Virus record (IMG/VR): IMGVR_UViG_3300046167_000884
Coordinates: 32,001 to 96,000 of that record
Length of the DNA: 64,000 nucleotides
Source: a virus
Reading direction: 5' to 3' (one strand)
In this document: positions 48,483 to 59,776 of the stretch, one piece after another
How positions within the stretch are numbered: position 1 is the first letter of the stretch
Layout of the letters: each line of letters starts with the position of its first letter
The notes under the pieces: model-generated
Told to the model about the DNA's origin: nothing
The model's database searches: none
The model's input: the letters and a program-made list of their open reading frames with translations, nothing else
Made by a program: the position numbers and the translations under genes

Positions 48483-49061
48483 ATGGCATTAACTTATAGA
48501 TCAGTAAAAGGTTCAGCATTAACAATAACTGAATTAGATGATAATTTTAGACACTTTACTTCATCCCATTCCATAACGGCCTCTGCGGAACCTGTTATAA
48601 TTTCAGGTTCTAGTGTTAATAACATAGTCTTAGAAACAACTGGTTCAGTAGGGATAACTGGAAGTTTAATAGTAGATGGTAATTTATTAATTACTGGAAG
48701 CATTATACCATCAGGTTCAGGAGTATTTAATTTAGGTAATCCTGATAATTACTTTGGAGAAATATTTGTTGGGCAAAATTCAATTGTATTTGTAAGTGGT
48801 TCAACTACCAGTTCATTTGGTATCGACCCTTCAGGATCTTTATCAGGTTCATTCGATGGTGTTCTTACTGGTTCAATATCTGGTTCATTTACAGGATCTG
48901 CTGATGTAACAGGCTCATTATCTGGTTCATTTTCTGGATCAATTGATGGAACAGATTTTTATTTATATAATCTCCCAACTTCAGAACCAGCAGAACCTGG
49001 AAGGTTATGGTTAAGTGGTAGTGCCGCAGGCAATTCTAAATATTTAGTGGTAAGAAATTAA
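48483..49061 (+). CDS. Probable virion (collar/fibre-like) protein
   Basis: MALTYRSVKGSALT..ELDDNF N-terminus; GS[LI]SGSFxG repeats; PTSEP..GRLW C-terminus. Confidence 0.6.
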   Translation: MALTYRSVKGSALTITELDDNFRHFTSSHSITASAEPVIISGSSVNNIVLETTGSVGITGSLIVDGNLLITGSIIPSGSGVFNLGNPDNYFGEIFVGQNSIVFVSGSTTSSFGIDPSGSLSGSFDGVLTGSISGSFTGSADVTGSLSGSFSGSIDGTDFYLYNLPTSEPAEPGRLWLSGSAAGNSKYLVVRN

Positions 49062-49085
49062 ATTAATACTTTACATAAAAAATTT

Positions 49086-49112
49086 AAGGGCTCATATTGA
49101 GTCCTTTTTTTT
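49086..49112 (+). terminator. Rho-independent terminator
   Basis: aagggctca-tat-tgagtcctt + T8. Confidence 0.85.
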
Positions 49113-49113
49113 C

Positions 49114-49123
49114 ATATTTATAA
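49114..49123 (+). promoter_or_regulatory. Putative late promoter ATATTTATAA (neck operon)
   Basis: Immediately after the terminator. Confidence 0.7.
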
Positions 49124-49136
49124 CAAAACATAAATT

Positions 49137-50291
49137 ATGAATGTACCTATTTGGCCTGGTTCAAGTTCATTCGCACCCGGAGAAACACCTTTTGGCTTTT
49201 ATGATAACGATCCTGAATTTAGAAGGGACGCAGATAAAGTAGCTGTTTTTTGTGCTAATAGAATGGGTTACCCCTTAGTTGATATTGAATTACAATCTGG
49301 ATCTTTCTATACAGCATTTGAAGAAGCGGTAACTATTTATGGTAATGAAATTTGGGCATATATAGTTAGAGATAATTTCTTAGATTTAGAAGGAATTTCT
49401 ATATTTGATGAGTTAAATGAAACTATCATAACTCCTAGTATGAAAACCATAGTTAAATTAACCCAACAGTATGCAGATGAAGCAGGTGTAGGAGGTACAA
49501 TCCCATGGTATTCAGGTTCATTTGATCTTGTAGCAAACCAACAAAATTACAGCTTTGAAAATTTTATGACAGCTAGTGGATTTACCGGTTCTGCTTATTC
49601 AGAAGGTATTGAAGTAAAAAGAGTATTTTTTCAAGAACCTGTTCCTGCTTCCGCTCAATATTTAGATCCTTATACCGGATTTGGATTTGGTGGTTCTATT
49701 GCAGCTGGGTTAGTTGGTGTTGGAGGATTTGGTGGTGATATGGGTTATTTAATGATGCCTCTTAGCTATGATATGCAAGTAATTCAATCCATCGAAATGA
49801 ATGAAATGGTTAGATGGGCAGATTATAGTTTTGAAATTCATGCTAATGAACTTAAAGTATTCCCTAGACCTAAAAAAACAGAAGGCAAAATCTGGTTTCA
49901 GTATATTTTTGAAAAAGATAGAGGGGGAGTAAAATGTGCTGCTGATCAAGTTAATAATGTTGGTAATGCTAATTTTAAAAACCCTAATTATTCATTAATT
50001 AATTCAATTGGTAGACAATGGATATTTGAAATGACTTTAGCTATCGCTAAAGAAATGTTGGGGTATGTTAGAGGTAAATATTCAAGTATACCAATTCCAA
50101 ATGCTGAAGTTAATTTAAATCAACAAGATTTATTAGCAGCGGCAACAGCAGAAAAAACAGCATTAATAGAAAGATTAAGAGCTTATCTTGATGAAACTTC
50201 TAGAAAAGCCCTATTAGAAAGAAAAGCACAAGAAGCAGAATCTAAAATGGTAGAATTACAACAAGTCCCTTGGACAATTTTTATAGGATAA
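49137..50291 (+). CDS. Neck/head-tail adaptor protein (gp13-like)
   Basis: LGYPLVDIEL-like motif (MGYPLVDIEL), LAIAKEMLGYVRGKY..IPIP; position after the head genes. Confidence 0.7.
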   Translation: MNVPIWPGSSSFAPGETPFGFYDNDPEFRRDADKVAVFCANRMGYPLVDIELQSGSFYTAFEEAVTIYGNEIWAYIVRDNFLDLEGISIFDELNETIITPSMKTIVKLTQQYADEAGVGGTIPWYSGSFDLVANQQNYSFENFMTASGFTGSAYSEGIEVKRVFFQEPVPASAQYLDPYTGFGFGGSIAAGLVGVGGFGGDMGYLMMPLSYDMQVIQSIEMNEMVRWADYSFEIHANELKVFPRPKKTEGKIWFQYIFEKDRGGVKCAADQVNNVGNANFKNPNYSLINSIGRQWIFEMTLAIAKEMLGYVRGKYSSIPIPNAEVNLNQQDLLAAATAEKTALIERLRAYLDETSRKALLERKAQEAESKMVELQQVPWTIFIG

Positions 50292-50292
50292 T

Positions 50293-50808
50293 ATGGCAAT
50301 GTTTACAGGACAGAGAGATGTCTCTCTGGTAAGAAAATTAAATAGAGAATTGATGGGTAATATTATTACCCAACAATGTGCTTTATACCAATTTAAATTA
50401 GAAGAAACTAAAGTTAATATATATGGTGAAGCTGCTGGTGCTAAATTTTATAATGGTCCTTTCTTATTTAATGTATTAATAAATAGATCAAATGAGGTGT
50501 TTGGTGAAGACGAAGAAGGAATTCAGTTTAATCAACCAATTGATTTTTATTTCTTTAGAGACGATTTAGTAGATGCCGATGTGGTACCTGAAGTTGGTGA
50601 TATAATTTTATATCAAGAAGGATATTATGGAGTACAAAGTACAGTAGCAAACCAATATTTTGGAGGCAAAAACCCAGATTACCCAAATAATATAAATCCA
50701 TTAAATCCTGGGTTAGAATATTTTGGAAATAATTTATCAATATTAGTATCAACATATTATATACCAGCGGATAAAGTAGCAATTTCTCCATATCAAGAAA
50801 GAATGTAA
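50293..50808 (+). CDS. Head completion/neck protein (gp14-like)
   Basis: NIYGEA, VVPEVGDII; synteny. Confidence 0.55.
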   Translation: MAMFTGQRDVSLVRKLNRELMGNIITQQCALYQFKLEETKVNIYGEAAGAKFYNGPFLFNVLINRSNEVFGEDEEGIQFNQPIDFYFFRDDLVDADVVPEVGDIILYQEGYYGVQSTVANQYFGGKNPDYPNNINPLNPGLEYFGNNLSILVSTYYIPADKVAISPYQERM

Positions 50809-51732
50809 TGAGTAAAATTAGAAAACCAATTCCCAAAACCCAAAGACAATTAAGTGTTGAACAACAAAAGGCGTTTGATACTGAAAGAGGTAATCCTAAT
50901 GCTCGTATTAACCCTAATGAATCGGAAACCGGAATTGATTTTAATAGATCAACTAAATTAAGTTTTAAAGATGATAGCACTAAACCCTTTTCTATTGGTC
51001 TTCAAGATTTAGATGAGGCTGTATTTTATTATTTTAAAGAAGTTATTAAACCCTTTGTATATCAAAATGGGGGGAAGAAGAAATGTACCTATAATTTATG
51101 GGTCCCCTGAAAGATGGAAATCATTCCAAAGAGATGGCTATTACAGGGATAAAAAAGGTGCTATAATGTTACCCATTATAGTTGTAAAAAGGAACACAAT
51201 ATCAAAAGATAGATCTGTTTATAATAAATTAGATGCTAATGGAGTAAACTTATATAGCTCATTCCAGAAAAAATATAGCCCTAATAACTTTTATAATAAT
51301 TTTTCAGTTTTAAATAATAAAAAACCAGTAAAAGAACATTATGCTGTAGCTGTTCCTGATTTTGTTACCCTAGAATATAGTTGTATCATTCAAACATATT
51401 ACATGGAACAGTTAAATAAAATTATTGAAGCTTGTGAATATGCCTCTGATGCTTATTGGGGTAACCCTGAAAGATTTAAATTTAGGGCTTTCATAGATCA
51501 GTTTACAACAGCAACCGAATTAACATCTGGTAAAGATAGATTAGTAAAAGGTACCTTTAATATACAATTAAGAGGTTATATTATACCTGATACTATTCAG
51601 AAAGAAATGAATTCAATTAACAAATGGAATAGCAAATCTAAGGTTACAATTAATTTTGAAACCACTAGTAATGTTGATACATTTAAACCGGGAATTAAAA
51701 CTTTTCCTGGTGGGCAAACTAGAGAAGAATAG
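50808..51732 (+). CDS. Tail terminator/sheath stabiliser (gp15-like), frameshift at G6 near 51068
   Basis: DLDEAVFYYF..VPIIYGSPERW, AVPDFVTLEY, YWGNPERFKF; two ORFs join at a homopolymer. Confidence 0.6.
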
Positions 51733-51764
51733 TTTGGATTAGTTAAATTGGTTACATACATTAT
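51733..51764 (+). promoter_or_regulatory. Bacteroidota-type promoter for the cysC/glycosylation operon
   Basis: TTTG-N20-TACATT. Confidence 0.6.
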
Positions 51765-51784
51765 GGTTACAAAAATAACGTTAT

Positions 51785-52244
51785 ATGATATATTGGTTTA
51801 CAGGTCAGCCTTGCTCTGGGAAGACTGTTTTAGCAAACATGCTTAAAGAAAAGTATCTCCCTCATGCGTATCGCATTGATGGAGATGAAATGAGAGAATT
51901 ATTTACAAATAAAGATTATTCTATAAAAGGTAGAATAACTAATGTAGATGCTGCTCAAAAAATTGCCCATTATTTACACAATCAAGGTAAAGATGTAATT
52001 GTATCTTTAGTATCTCCTTATTTAGACCAAAGAGAAGAATTTAAGGATATAATGGAGTGGCAATTACATGAAATCTTTGTACATTATGACCTAGATAAAG
52101 GACTTAGGGGTAGAGAAAATTACCATGTTGCACAATTCCAAAAACCAGATTTAGATTACAGTTGATATAGATACAACAACACATACCCCAGAAGAATCTC
52201 TAGAAATAATAGCTAAACAAATAGGTTTACATGCAAAAATTTAA
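51785..52244 (+). CDS. cysC: Adenylyl-sulfate (APS) kinase, frameshift near 52160
   Basis: YWFTGQPCSGKT, IDGD..RE.F, DYS..GR, IVSLVSPY..QRE; continues DIDTT.HTPEES in another frame. Confidence 0.85.
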
Positions 52245-52569
52245 TACATACTTTTGTGATATAGATGGAACTATTTTAAAATATCGCAAATTTGAAACAT
52301 ACGAATCTTCTAAAGCTGAGGGGATAAAATCCACTATAGAATATCTAGACAAAGCTTCAGTTGAGGGACATATGATAGTTTTAACTACAGCACGTCCTGA
52401 GTACCTTAGGATGCATACTGAAATAGAATTATATGAAAATGAAGTACCATATCACAGATTAATTATGGGTATCGAAAGAGGACCTCGTTATTTAATCAAT
52501 GATATGGATCCAAATAAACCTGGAGAACGGGCTATTGCAATAAATTTAGAAAGAGATAAAGGTATATGA
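52231..52569 (+). CDS. HAD-like phosphatase
   Basis: FCDIDGTI, LTTARP, RYLIND. Confidence 0.75.
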   Translation: MQKFNTYFCDIDGTILKYRKFETYESSKAEGIKSTIEYLDKASVEGHMIVLTTARPEYLRMHTEIELYENEVPYHRLIMGIERGPRYLINDMDPNKPGERAIAINLERDKGI

Positions 52570-52965
52570 AAAAGTATTTAGCACAAGCAGCATTTCAGTC
52601 ATCATTTAATAAGAATAAGTACTCAATGTATATTGGTAGATGGCAACCATGGCACGCAGGACATCGATGGTTAATAGACCAGCGCTTAAATGAAGGTAAA
52701 AACGTATGGATAGCAATTAGAGATATCCCACCAGATGAAAAAAACCCCTGGACAGGCCCAAGAGGTATTAGTTAACTTGGGGCATGAATTAAAAGATCTT
52801 CTTAATGAAGGTAGAGTAAAAATTACAATAGTACCAGATATTGAATCAATTAATATAGGTAGAGGGGTAGGATATGATGTTATAGAACACTGCCCACCTG
52901 AGGAAGTAAAAAATATCTCTGCTACTAAAATTAGAGAACAAATGAAAAAAGATGGTAAGTTATAA
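52566..52965 (+). CDS. Cytidylyltransferase-like (HIGH) protein, frameshift near 52755
   Basis: IGRWQPWHAGH; VPDIESINIGRGVGY; ISATKIR. Confidence 0.8.
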
Positions 52966-53176
52966 AAGACACATTGCTAAAACAATTTCCTGGAGGATTA
53001 TAGGTACTCTAGACACCATAATCCTTTCAGGTGTTAATAACAGGTTCAGTGGGAAATCGGGGACTAGCCATTGGAGGAATCGAAGTTATTACAAAAATGG
53101 TCATTATATTTCGTTACATGAAAGAGCTTGGTATAAATTAAGTAAATTTGGGGTAAATGGAAAATCAAAAACCTAA
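52952..53176 (+). CDS. DUF2061-like small membrane protein (indel-damaged)
   Basis: RHIAKTISWRIIGTLDT and LHERAW motifs. Confidence 0.75.
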   Translation: MVSYKRHIAKTISWRIIGTLDTIILSGVNNRFSGKSGTSHWRNRSYYKNGHYISLHERAWYKLSKFGVNGKSKT

Positions 53177-56100
53177 AATTTTTGCACATGGTAGTTATAT
53201 AGGAACAACAGGATATAATAACCATACAAGAGCAATTTACAGGGAACTTTCTAATCTTTATGATTTAAAGGTTAGGAATTATACTGTAGGTAAATCATGG
53301 GAAGGACATAATGAAGAACCCCATAATGGAGAAGATTATATTGATGGTTTAGATAAAAAATTATTAGTTGAACAATCCCTTTGGGAAGAAGATAAATTAA
53401 TTCATAAATCTTTTTATAATAATTACCCTAATAGTTTTGATCATAATGTAAATATAGTTTTAAATGAAACAAATCATCATTTCTTTTATCAAAATTACGA
53501 TGGTCCTAAGATAGCATATAATGTTTGGGAGTCTACAAGACAACCAGAAGAGTTTTTTAACCAATTAAAAACATTTGATCAGGTTTGGGTTGCCTCAAAA
53601 TGGCAAAGGGATTGCACAATTGAGCAAGGTATTGACCCTACTAAGGTAAAAGTAGTACCCGAAGCTGTAGATGGACTTACATTTAGACCAAATTCACAAG
53701 TTACTTTACCTGAATATAGTGATAAAAGATTTAAATTTGTTTTATTTGGTAGATGGGACTATAGAAAGGCAACAAAAGAAGTAATAGAATCTTTCCTACA
53801 GGAGTTTAATGAAGATGAACCCATTGATTTAATAGTATCAATTGATAACCCATATGCTAAAGATAAATTTAAATCAACCGAAGATAGATTAAAACATTAC
53901 AAATTAAATGACCCCAGGGTCAAAATAAAACATTTTCCTACCAGAGAAGAATATATAAATTATTTACAAAAAGGTCATGTATTTTTATCTTGTGCTAGGG
54001 CTGAAGGGATGGAATTTACCCTTAATTGAAGCTATGGCATGTGGTACCCCATCAATATATTCTAACTGTAGCGCCCAATTAGAATTTGCAGAGGGACTAG
54101 GGTTACCTGTAAATATAAAATCTACATCAGAAGCAAAACTAGGGGAATATAGTAGTTTCTCTCAATCTTTATTAGCAGGGGAATTTTATGAACCTGATTT
54201 TGACCATTTAAAAAAGGTAATGAGAGATGCTTATGAAAATTATAAACACCATAAACAAAAAGCATTAGAAGAATCTAAAATAATTAGAGAAAAGTTTACT
54301 TGGGAAAATGCTGCTAAAATAGCAGGCAAAGAAATAGAAAATTTATTAGATAATTTACCTAAAAATAAGGTAGAAGTAAGTTTTGATTTAGGACCTAAAG
54401 TAGAAGTATTAGGACACCATAAGAATAAATATTTTGTTGAGTTTATAGATGGTAATACTAATGAAGTTATACATAGTGATACCATAAGTAATAATATGTG
54501 GACTAAATGTAGTAAAAGTTATCACATTCCTTGGGTTATAAAAGTAAACGGAAAAATAATTCATGTTTTTTCCCTTAAAGATAAAACTGTTAAAATATCT
54601 TTAGAGTCAAGGTCTATAGGAGATACTTTAGCATGGTCTCCCCAAGTAATAGAATTTGCAAAACACTATAAATGTAAAGTTATACTTAGTACTTTCCATA
54701 ATGATTGGTTTGAATCTCTAGAAGAATACAAGGATATTACTTTTATAAAACCAGGAGAAGACTGTTCATATTATGCTAGTTTTCAAATAGGATGGTTTAG
54801 AGATGAAAATAATGGGTGGAAAAATTTTAATGACCACCCAACTCAAGTAAATACAATTCCCCTTATTCAAGCGGCTACTGATATTTTAAGAATACCCTAT
54901 AAAGAATTACATTATGGTATTAATTTTACACCGAAAAAAAGACCTATAAAAGGTAAATATATTTGTATAGGGCCTAGATCAACCTCTGGGTTAAAAGAAT
55001 GGCCTTATGAACATTGGAAAAATTTAGCAAAAAAACTCCATAGTAAAGGGTATAAAATAGTTAATTTATCTAGAGAAGGATTTAAAGGAGTAAATATAAT
55101 AGATAAAAAGAATTTAAAATGGGAAGATACATTAAATCATCTTTACCATGCAGATTTATTTATTGGTCTAGGGTCAGGTCTATCTTGGTTGAATTGGGTT
55201 TTAGATAAACATACTGTAATGATAAATAATTTTATCCCTTATGGTTATGAATTTACTAATCATTTAACTAAAATTGAAAATAATTCTGTTTGTAATAATT
55301 GCTGGGTAAGTAAAACCCACATATTTGATAGTGGAGATTGGGATTGGTGTCCAGAACATCAAAATACTAAACTACAACATATTTGCCAAAAATCAATATC
55401 AACGGAGCAAGTATATAATAAAGTTTTAAACCTTCTAGAACCAAAAAAAAAAGATAATTTTATATGGATAACAGGAGGTGATGAATCTTATCTTCCTATG
55501 ATAGAGGTATTAGCTAAAAGTTTATTAAAATATTCTAAATATAAGTTAATTGTATATGGGTTCAATTGTGATTCAAATATAGAATTACCTAATGTAATTA
55601 ATAAAAGGATAGATTACAGACCAAAACCTCCAACTTCTAGTAAGTATGAGTCTGATCTATTTAATAAAGATTACTCTATTTATTTTGCTAAATATTTAGC
55701 TAGTTTAGATTCATTAAATGAAAACTATGATAATTTTGCTTGGATTGATGGTGATGCTTTTGCAACTGAAAACATTGATACTTCATTACACCATTTAAAT
55801 AATTTAGAAGATTATCCTTTATTTATGAGATACTTCCATGAAGATATTAACCAATGGAGGTATCATAATAATATAAAATTAGAAGGAAACTATGGGGGTG
55901 AATTAGCTTTTATTAAAAATTTAACTAGAAACCCTAATCAAAGAATTATAGCTACTGGTTTTTACTTTTATAATAAAAATAGTAAAATATTTTTTGAAAA
56001 ATGTTTAAAATGGAACCGGGAATTAAATAATTATAGTGTAAAAGTATATGCTGATGATAATGCCTTTTCTGAAGAAAGAGTAGCAAATAATGTTTTATGG

Positions 56101-56880
56101 GAAGAAAATAAACAGAATTATCTCCCAGTTACTTGGAATAACTATTATAGTAGTATTGAAGAAAGAAAGACAAATAATTATTTTTTAAACCAAGGATTTG
56201 ATGTTATGTATGATGAATATACTTTAAAACCTTATTTTATTCATGGACCCGATCCTTCTGTTAAAAGTAAAGATGCTAATACCTTATTAAAAGCATTTAA
56301 AGACTACCAAATAAACAAATTAATGATAGTAGCACATCCTGATGATGAATTAATATTTGGGGGAGCAGAATTAATACAACATGGTCCAGAATACAAAGTA
56401 ATTTGTCTTACCAATAAATCTAATAAAACACGAAGTAAAGAATTTGAACAAGTAATGGGAAAATTAAATGTTGGTTCTTGGGAAATGTTAGATTATGAAG
56501 ATAAGTTAGATTCTACTGAAGAATTTAATTTAAATGATATTTTAAGTTATAAAAATTGGAAAAAAATTGTTACCCATAACCCAATAGGAGAATATGGTCA
56601 CCCACAACATAAATTAATTTTTGAATCTGTAAAGAGATTTACTACTAATTTTTATGTTTTTGGGAAATCCAATGTAAAATTATCTCAAGATATTTTAAAT
56701 AATAAATTAGAAACCCTAAAATTATATAAATCAGAACAATCTATTATAAACCAAATTCAAACTAAAAAGGGTGATTGGTTTAAAAGTAATTCTGATACAA
56801 ATTATATAGAATATGAGTCTATTACTAAGTATAATAAAAATAAAGATATAACCCCTTATATAGCATGTTATGACAAATAA
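53157..56880 (+). CDS. Giant glycosylation fusion: GT4 + TibC/AAH-type heptosyltransferase-like + GT-A-like + PIG-L deacetylase; frameshift near 54005
   Basis: RAEG-WNLPLIEAMACG (GT4); SIGDTLAW.P..F..HYKC.V..ST..GLGSGLSW; WIDGD; AHPDDE..HNPIGEYGHPQH. Confidence 0.75.
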
Positions 56881-57802
56881 AAACCTAGTAATTATCTTAA
56901 GTCATTGTGATACTGAAGAAAAGTTAAAAGTATTAGAGAACAATATTCAACAATTAAAAACTAATAATTTTGATATATTACTTACATCACACATCCCATT
57001 ACCTGGAAACATTCAATCTCAAGTAGAATATTTTATATATGACAAAAGTAACCCTATTTTACATTGGCCTAAAAGAGGTATGACCTACTGGAAAATCCTC
57101 CCAACCGATACCGAAAATTTAAAACTAGTAAATATTCTCTCAGATTATGGGTGGACAGCTTTTAATCAACTTTTAACTTCAAGTCATTTAGGGTTATCTT
57201 TAGAATATGATCATTATAGTTTTATTAATTATGATATAATATTTACCCCACAAATAATTGAAACAATGAAATTACCCCATAATTTCCTTTGTAGTAAAGT
57301 TTATGAAAGTAAAAATCAAGAAGGGTTTAGGTTTCCTAGTTTCATGTTTAGTATAATAAATAAAGATAATTTAAAAAAGTTACTTCCCTTAATTTCCAAA
57401 CAACAATACATACGTGGTGATTTTAAGGATGCTGAAAATTATTTAGGTTATTTACTTTCTGTGTTTGATTATGAAATCCATCCTGAAATTATTAAGGATC
57501 AAATTGAATATGGAGATAAAGATCCTTTTAATTATAACAAAGATAATGATTTATTTAAGATTTTTTACCAAAGTGTGGTAGACCCTAAAATTTACGAAAC
57601 ACCTCCTTCTATTTTATTTTATGATATTCAAGAAGAATTTGAATTAAATATAAACGAAGAAAAAATTATAATCCACCCTACATCTCATAGAATAGAATAC
57701 TCAGATATAAAAAAACTTGGATATTATTTAAAGGATTCATATATTGATCTAATGTACATTTTTCAAGAAAACCACCAAACATCTATAGATATCAATGATT
57801 AA
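56870..57802 (+). CDS. Hypothetical, possible glycosyltransferase
   Basis: VIILSHC..; FINYDII (DxD-like); operon context. Confidence 0.5.
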   Translation: MTNKNLVIILSHCDTEEKLKVLENNIQQLKTNNFDILLTSHIPLPGNIQSQVEYFIYDKSNPILHWPKRGMTYWKILPTDTENLKLVNILSDYGWTAFNQLLTSSHLGLSLEYDHYSFINYDIIFTPQIIETMKLPHNFLCSKVYESKNQEGFRFPSFMFSIINKDNLKKLLPLISKQQYIRGDFKDAENYLGYLLSVFDYEIHPEIIKDQIEYGDKDPFNYNKDNDLFKIFYQSVVDPKIYETPPSILFYDIQEEFELNINEEKIIIHPTSHRIEYSDIKKLGYYLKDSYIDLMYIFQENHQTSIDIND

Positions 57803-58736
57803 AAATAAAAAAATATTCATAACTGGGGGAGCAGGATTTTTAGGTAAAAATTTAGTTAGACGTTATTACAATGATAATGAAATTACAGTTTATAGTAGAG
57901 ATGAAGCCAAACATTACTATTTAAAAAAAGAATTTCCTAATATAAATTGTATTATTGGGGATGTACGTAATTTTGATTTATTAAAAAGAGCATCCGTAGG
58001 GCACAATATCGGTATATTTGCTGCTTCATTAAAGCAAATAGGAGCAGTAGATCAAAATGTAGAAGAAAGTGTTAAAGTATTAGTAGATGGAGCTCTTAAT
58101 TCAAGAAGAGTAGCTGAAGAAAACAATTTTGAAGCAGCATGTTTTATATCCTCAGATAAATCCAGAGCAGCTACTACATTATATGGTGCAATGAAATTTG
58201 TAGCAGGAGAATCATTTATAGTAAATGCTGAAAAATCAAATGTTAAATTATCCACAGCAGTATACGGAAATGTATTAAATTCAACTGGTAGTATAATTCC
58301 ACTAATATGGGATTCCATTAATAAAAACTACCCACTTACTTTATACTCAGAAGAAATGACTCGTTTTATGATTGATATAGAGGAAGCAATGGACTTGATT
58401 GAATTAGGACTCCAAACTAGTGGATATAATATTATTCCTAATTTAAGATCATTTAGAGTAAAAGATTTATTTAAAATATATCAAGAGAAATTTAATCTTA
58501 AATACACAATTGGTAAACCTAGAATTTCAGAAAAACTTCATGAAATGATGATTTCAAAAGAAGAAACCCCTAGAACTCATTATGAATTTGATGAAAATAC
58601 ATTTTATATGCATTACAAAGATACTGTATCTATAGCTGATCGTTGTATGGATGAAGAATTTACAAGTGATAAAGTATGTGTATCTAAAGAAGAATTAGTT
58701 AAAATTTTAAATCATTATAATTTTTTTAAACCATGA
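57795..58736 (+). CDS. UDP-sugar 4,6-dehydratase (CapD/PseB, Polysacc_synt_2 family)
   Basis: ITGGAGFLG, SRDEAKH, IGDVR, SSDK, YGAMK, YGNVLNSTGSIIP, MTRF, EKLHE. Confidence 0.85.
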   Translation: MIKNKKIFITGGAGFLGKNLVRRYYNDNEITVYSRDEAKHYYLKKEFPNINCIIGDVRNFDLLKRASVGHNIGIFAASLKQIGAVDQNVEESVKVLVDGALNSRRVAEENNFEAACFISSDKSRAATTLYGAMKFVAGESFIVNAEKSNVKLSTAVYGNVLNSTGSIIPLIWDSINKNYPLTLYSEEMTRFMIDIEEAMDLIELGLQTSGYNIIPNLRSFRVKDLFKIYQEKFNLKYTIGKPRISEKLHEMMISKEETPRTHYEFDENTFYMHYKDTVSIADRCMDEEFTSDKVCVSKEELVKILNHYNFFKP

Positions 58737-59444
58737 AAGTATTAATATTAGGACATAAAGGAATGTTAGGACATATGGTCCATAAATTTTTTGAAAGTAA
58801 AGGAATTGAATGTGTTACCACAAGTTGTAGATGGCCTTCATCTTGTTTTAAAAATTTTGTACAAAAATTTGAAGGTGATTTTATTATAAATTGTATAGGG
58901 GCTATTCACCAACGAACAGATCAGTTTAATATTAATTGGGAATTACCGCAATGGTTAGATGAAAACCTTTCTACTAAAATAATCCACCCAGGTACTGACT
59001 GTGAAATGGATGATGATGATTATGGTAACTCTAAAAGAATAGCAGCAGAATGGATTAAAGAAAAAGCTAAAAACACAAAAATTATTAAAACATCAATATT
59101 TGGTCCTGAATTAAATACTAAAGCTAGTTTAATGGAGTGGTTTTTATCACAAGAAGGTGAAATAAATGGGTATTCTGAATATTATTGGAATGGTAATTCT
59201 ACTTTAACTTGGGCTCAATACTGCTTATATTTAATATTCCATTGGGATGAACTACCCACAGAAAATATATTAGAAGGAGAATGTATATCTAAATACAATT
59301 TACTTTTACTATTAAAAGAAGTATATAGTAAAAATATTACTGTTAATCCTGTTGATACTCCCCATATTTAATAAATGTTTAGTAGGAACAGTAAAAACTT
59401 TACCATTAAAAGAACAAATAATTGCATTAAAAGAATTTTATTAA
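58733..59444 (+). CDS. RmlD-like NDP-4-keto sugar reductase, frameshift near 59365
   Basis: VLILGHKGMLG, IINCIG, STDC-like GTDC, YGNSK, WNG.STL. Confidence 0.8.
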
Positions 59445-59453
59445 TATTTATAA
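59444..59453 (+). promoter_or_regulatory. Putative late promoter ATATTTATAA
   Basis: Recurrent motif. Confidence 0.65.
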
Positions 59454-59465
59454 ACAAAATAAAAA

Positions 59466-59718
59466 ATGAGTACAACAAAGTTATCACAAGAAGAGTTACA
59501 ACAATTAAGAAATTTTCAAAGATCAGAAAATGAAATTACTTTTTCCTTAGGTCAAATTGAATTAAGAAAAGTATTTTTAGAAAAAGGATAAACAAAACCT
59601 CCAAAACCAATACCAATCACTCCTCCAGGACCAAGAAAAAGCAGGTAAAGAATTACAAGAAAAATATGGAGAAGGTAATATTGATTTAGAAAAAGGAGAA
59701 TTCATTAAATCAGAATAG
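59466..59718 (+). CDS. Small coiled-coil phage protein, frameshift at A run near 59585
   Basis: MSTTKLSQEELQQL..LGQIEL joins EKDKQ..EKYGEGNIDLEKGEF. Confidence 0.6.
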
Positions 59719-59737
59719 TTCTTTGAGAAAATCTTTA

Positions 59738-59747
59738 ATATGTATAA
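59738..59747 (+). promoter_or_regulatory. Putative late promoter ATATGTATAA (sheath)
   Basis: One-base variant of the recurrent motif. Confidence 0.6.
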
Positions 59748-59776
59748 TAAAACAATATTAAAAATAACATATAAAG

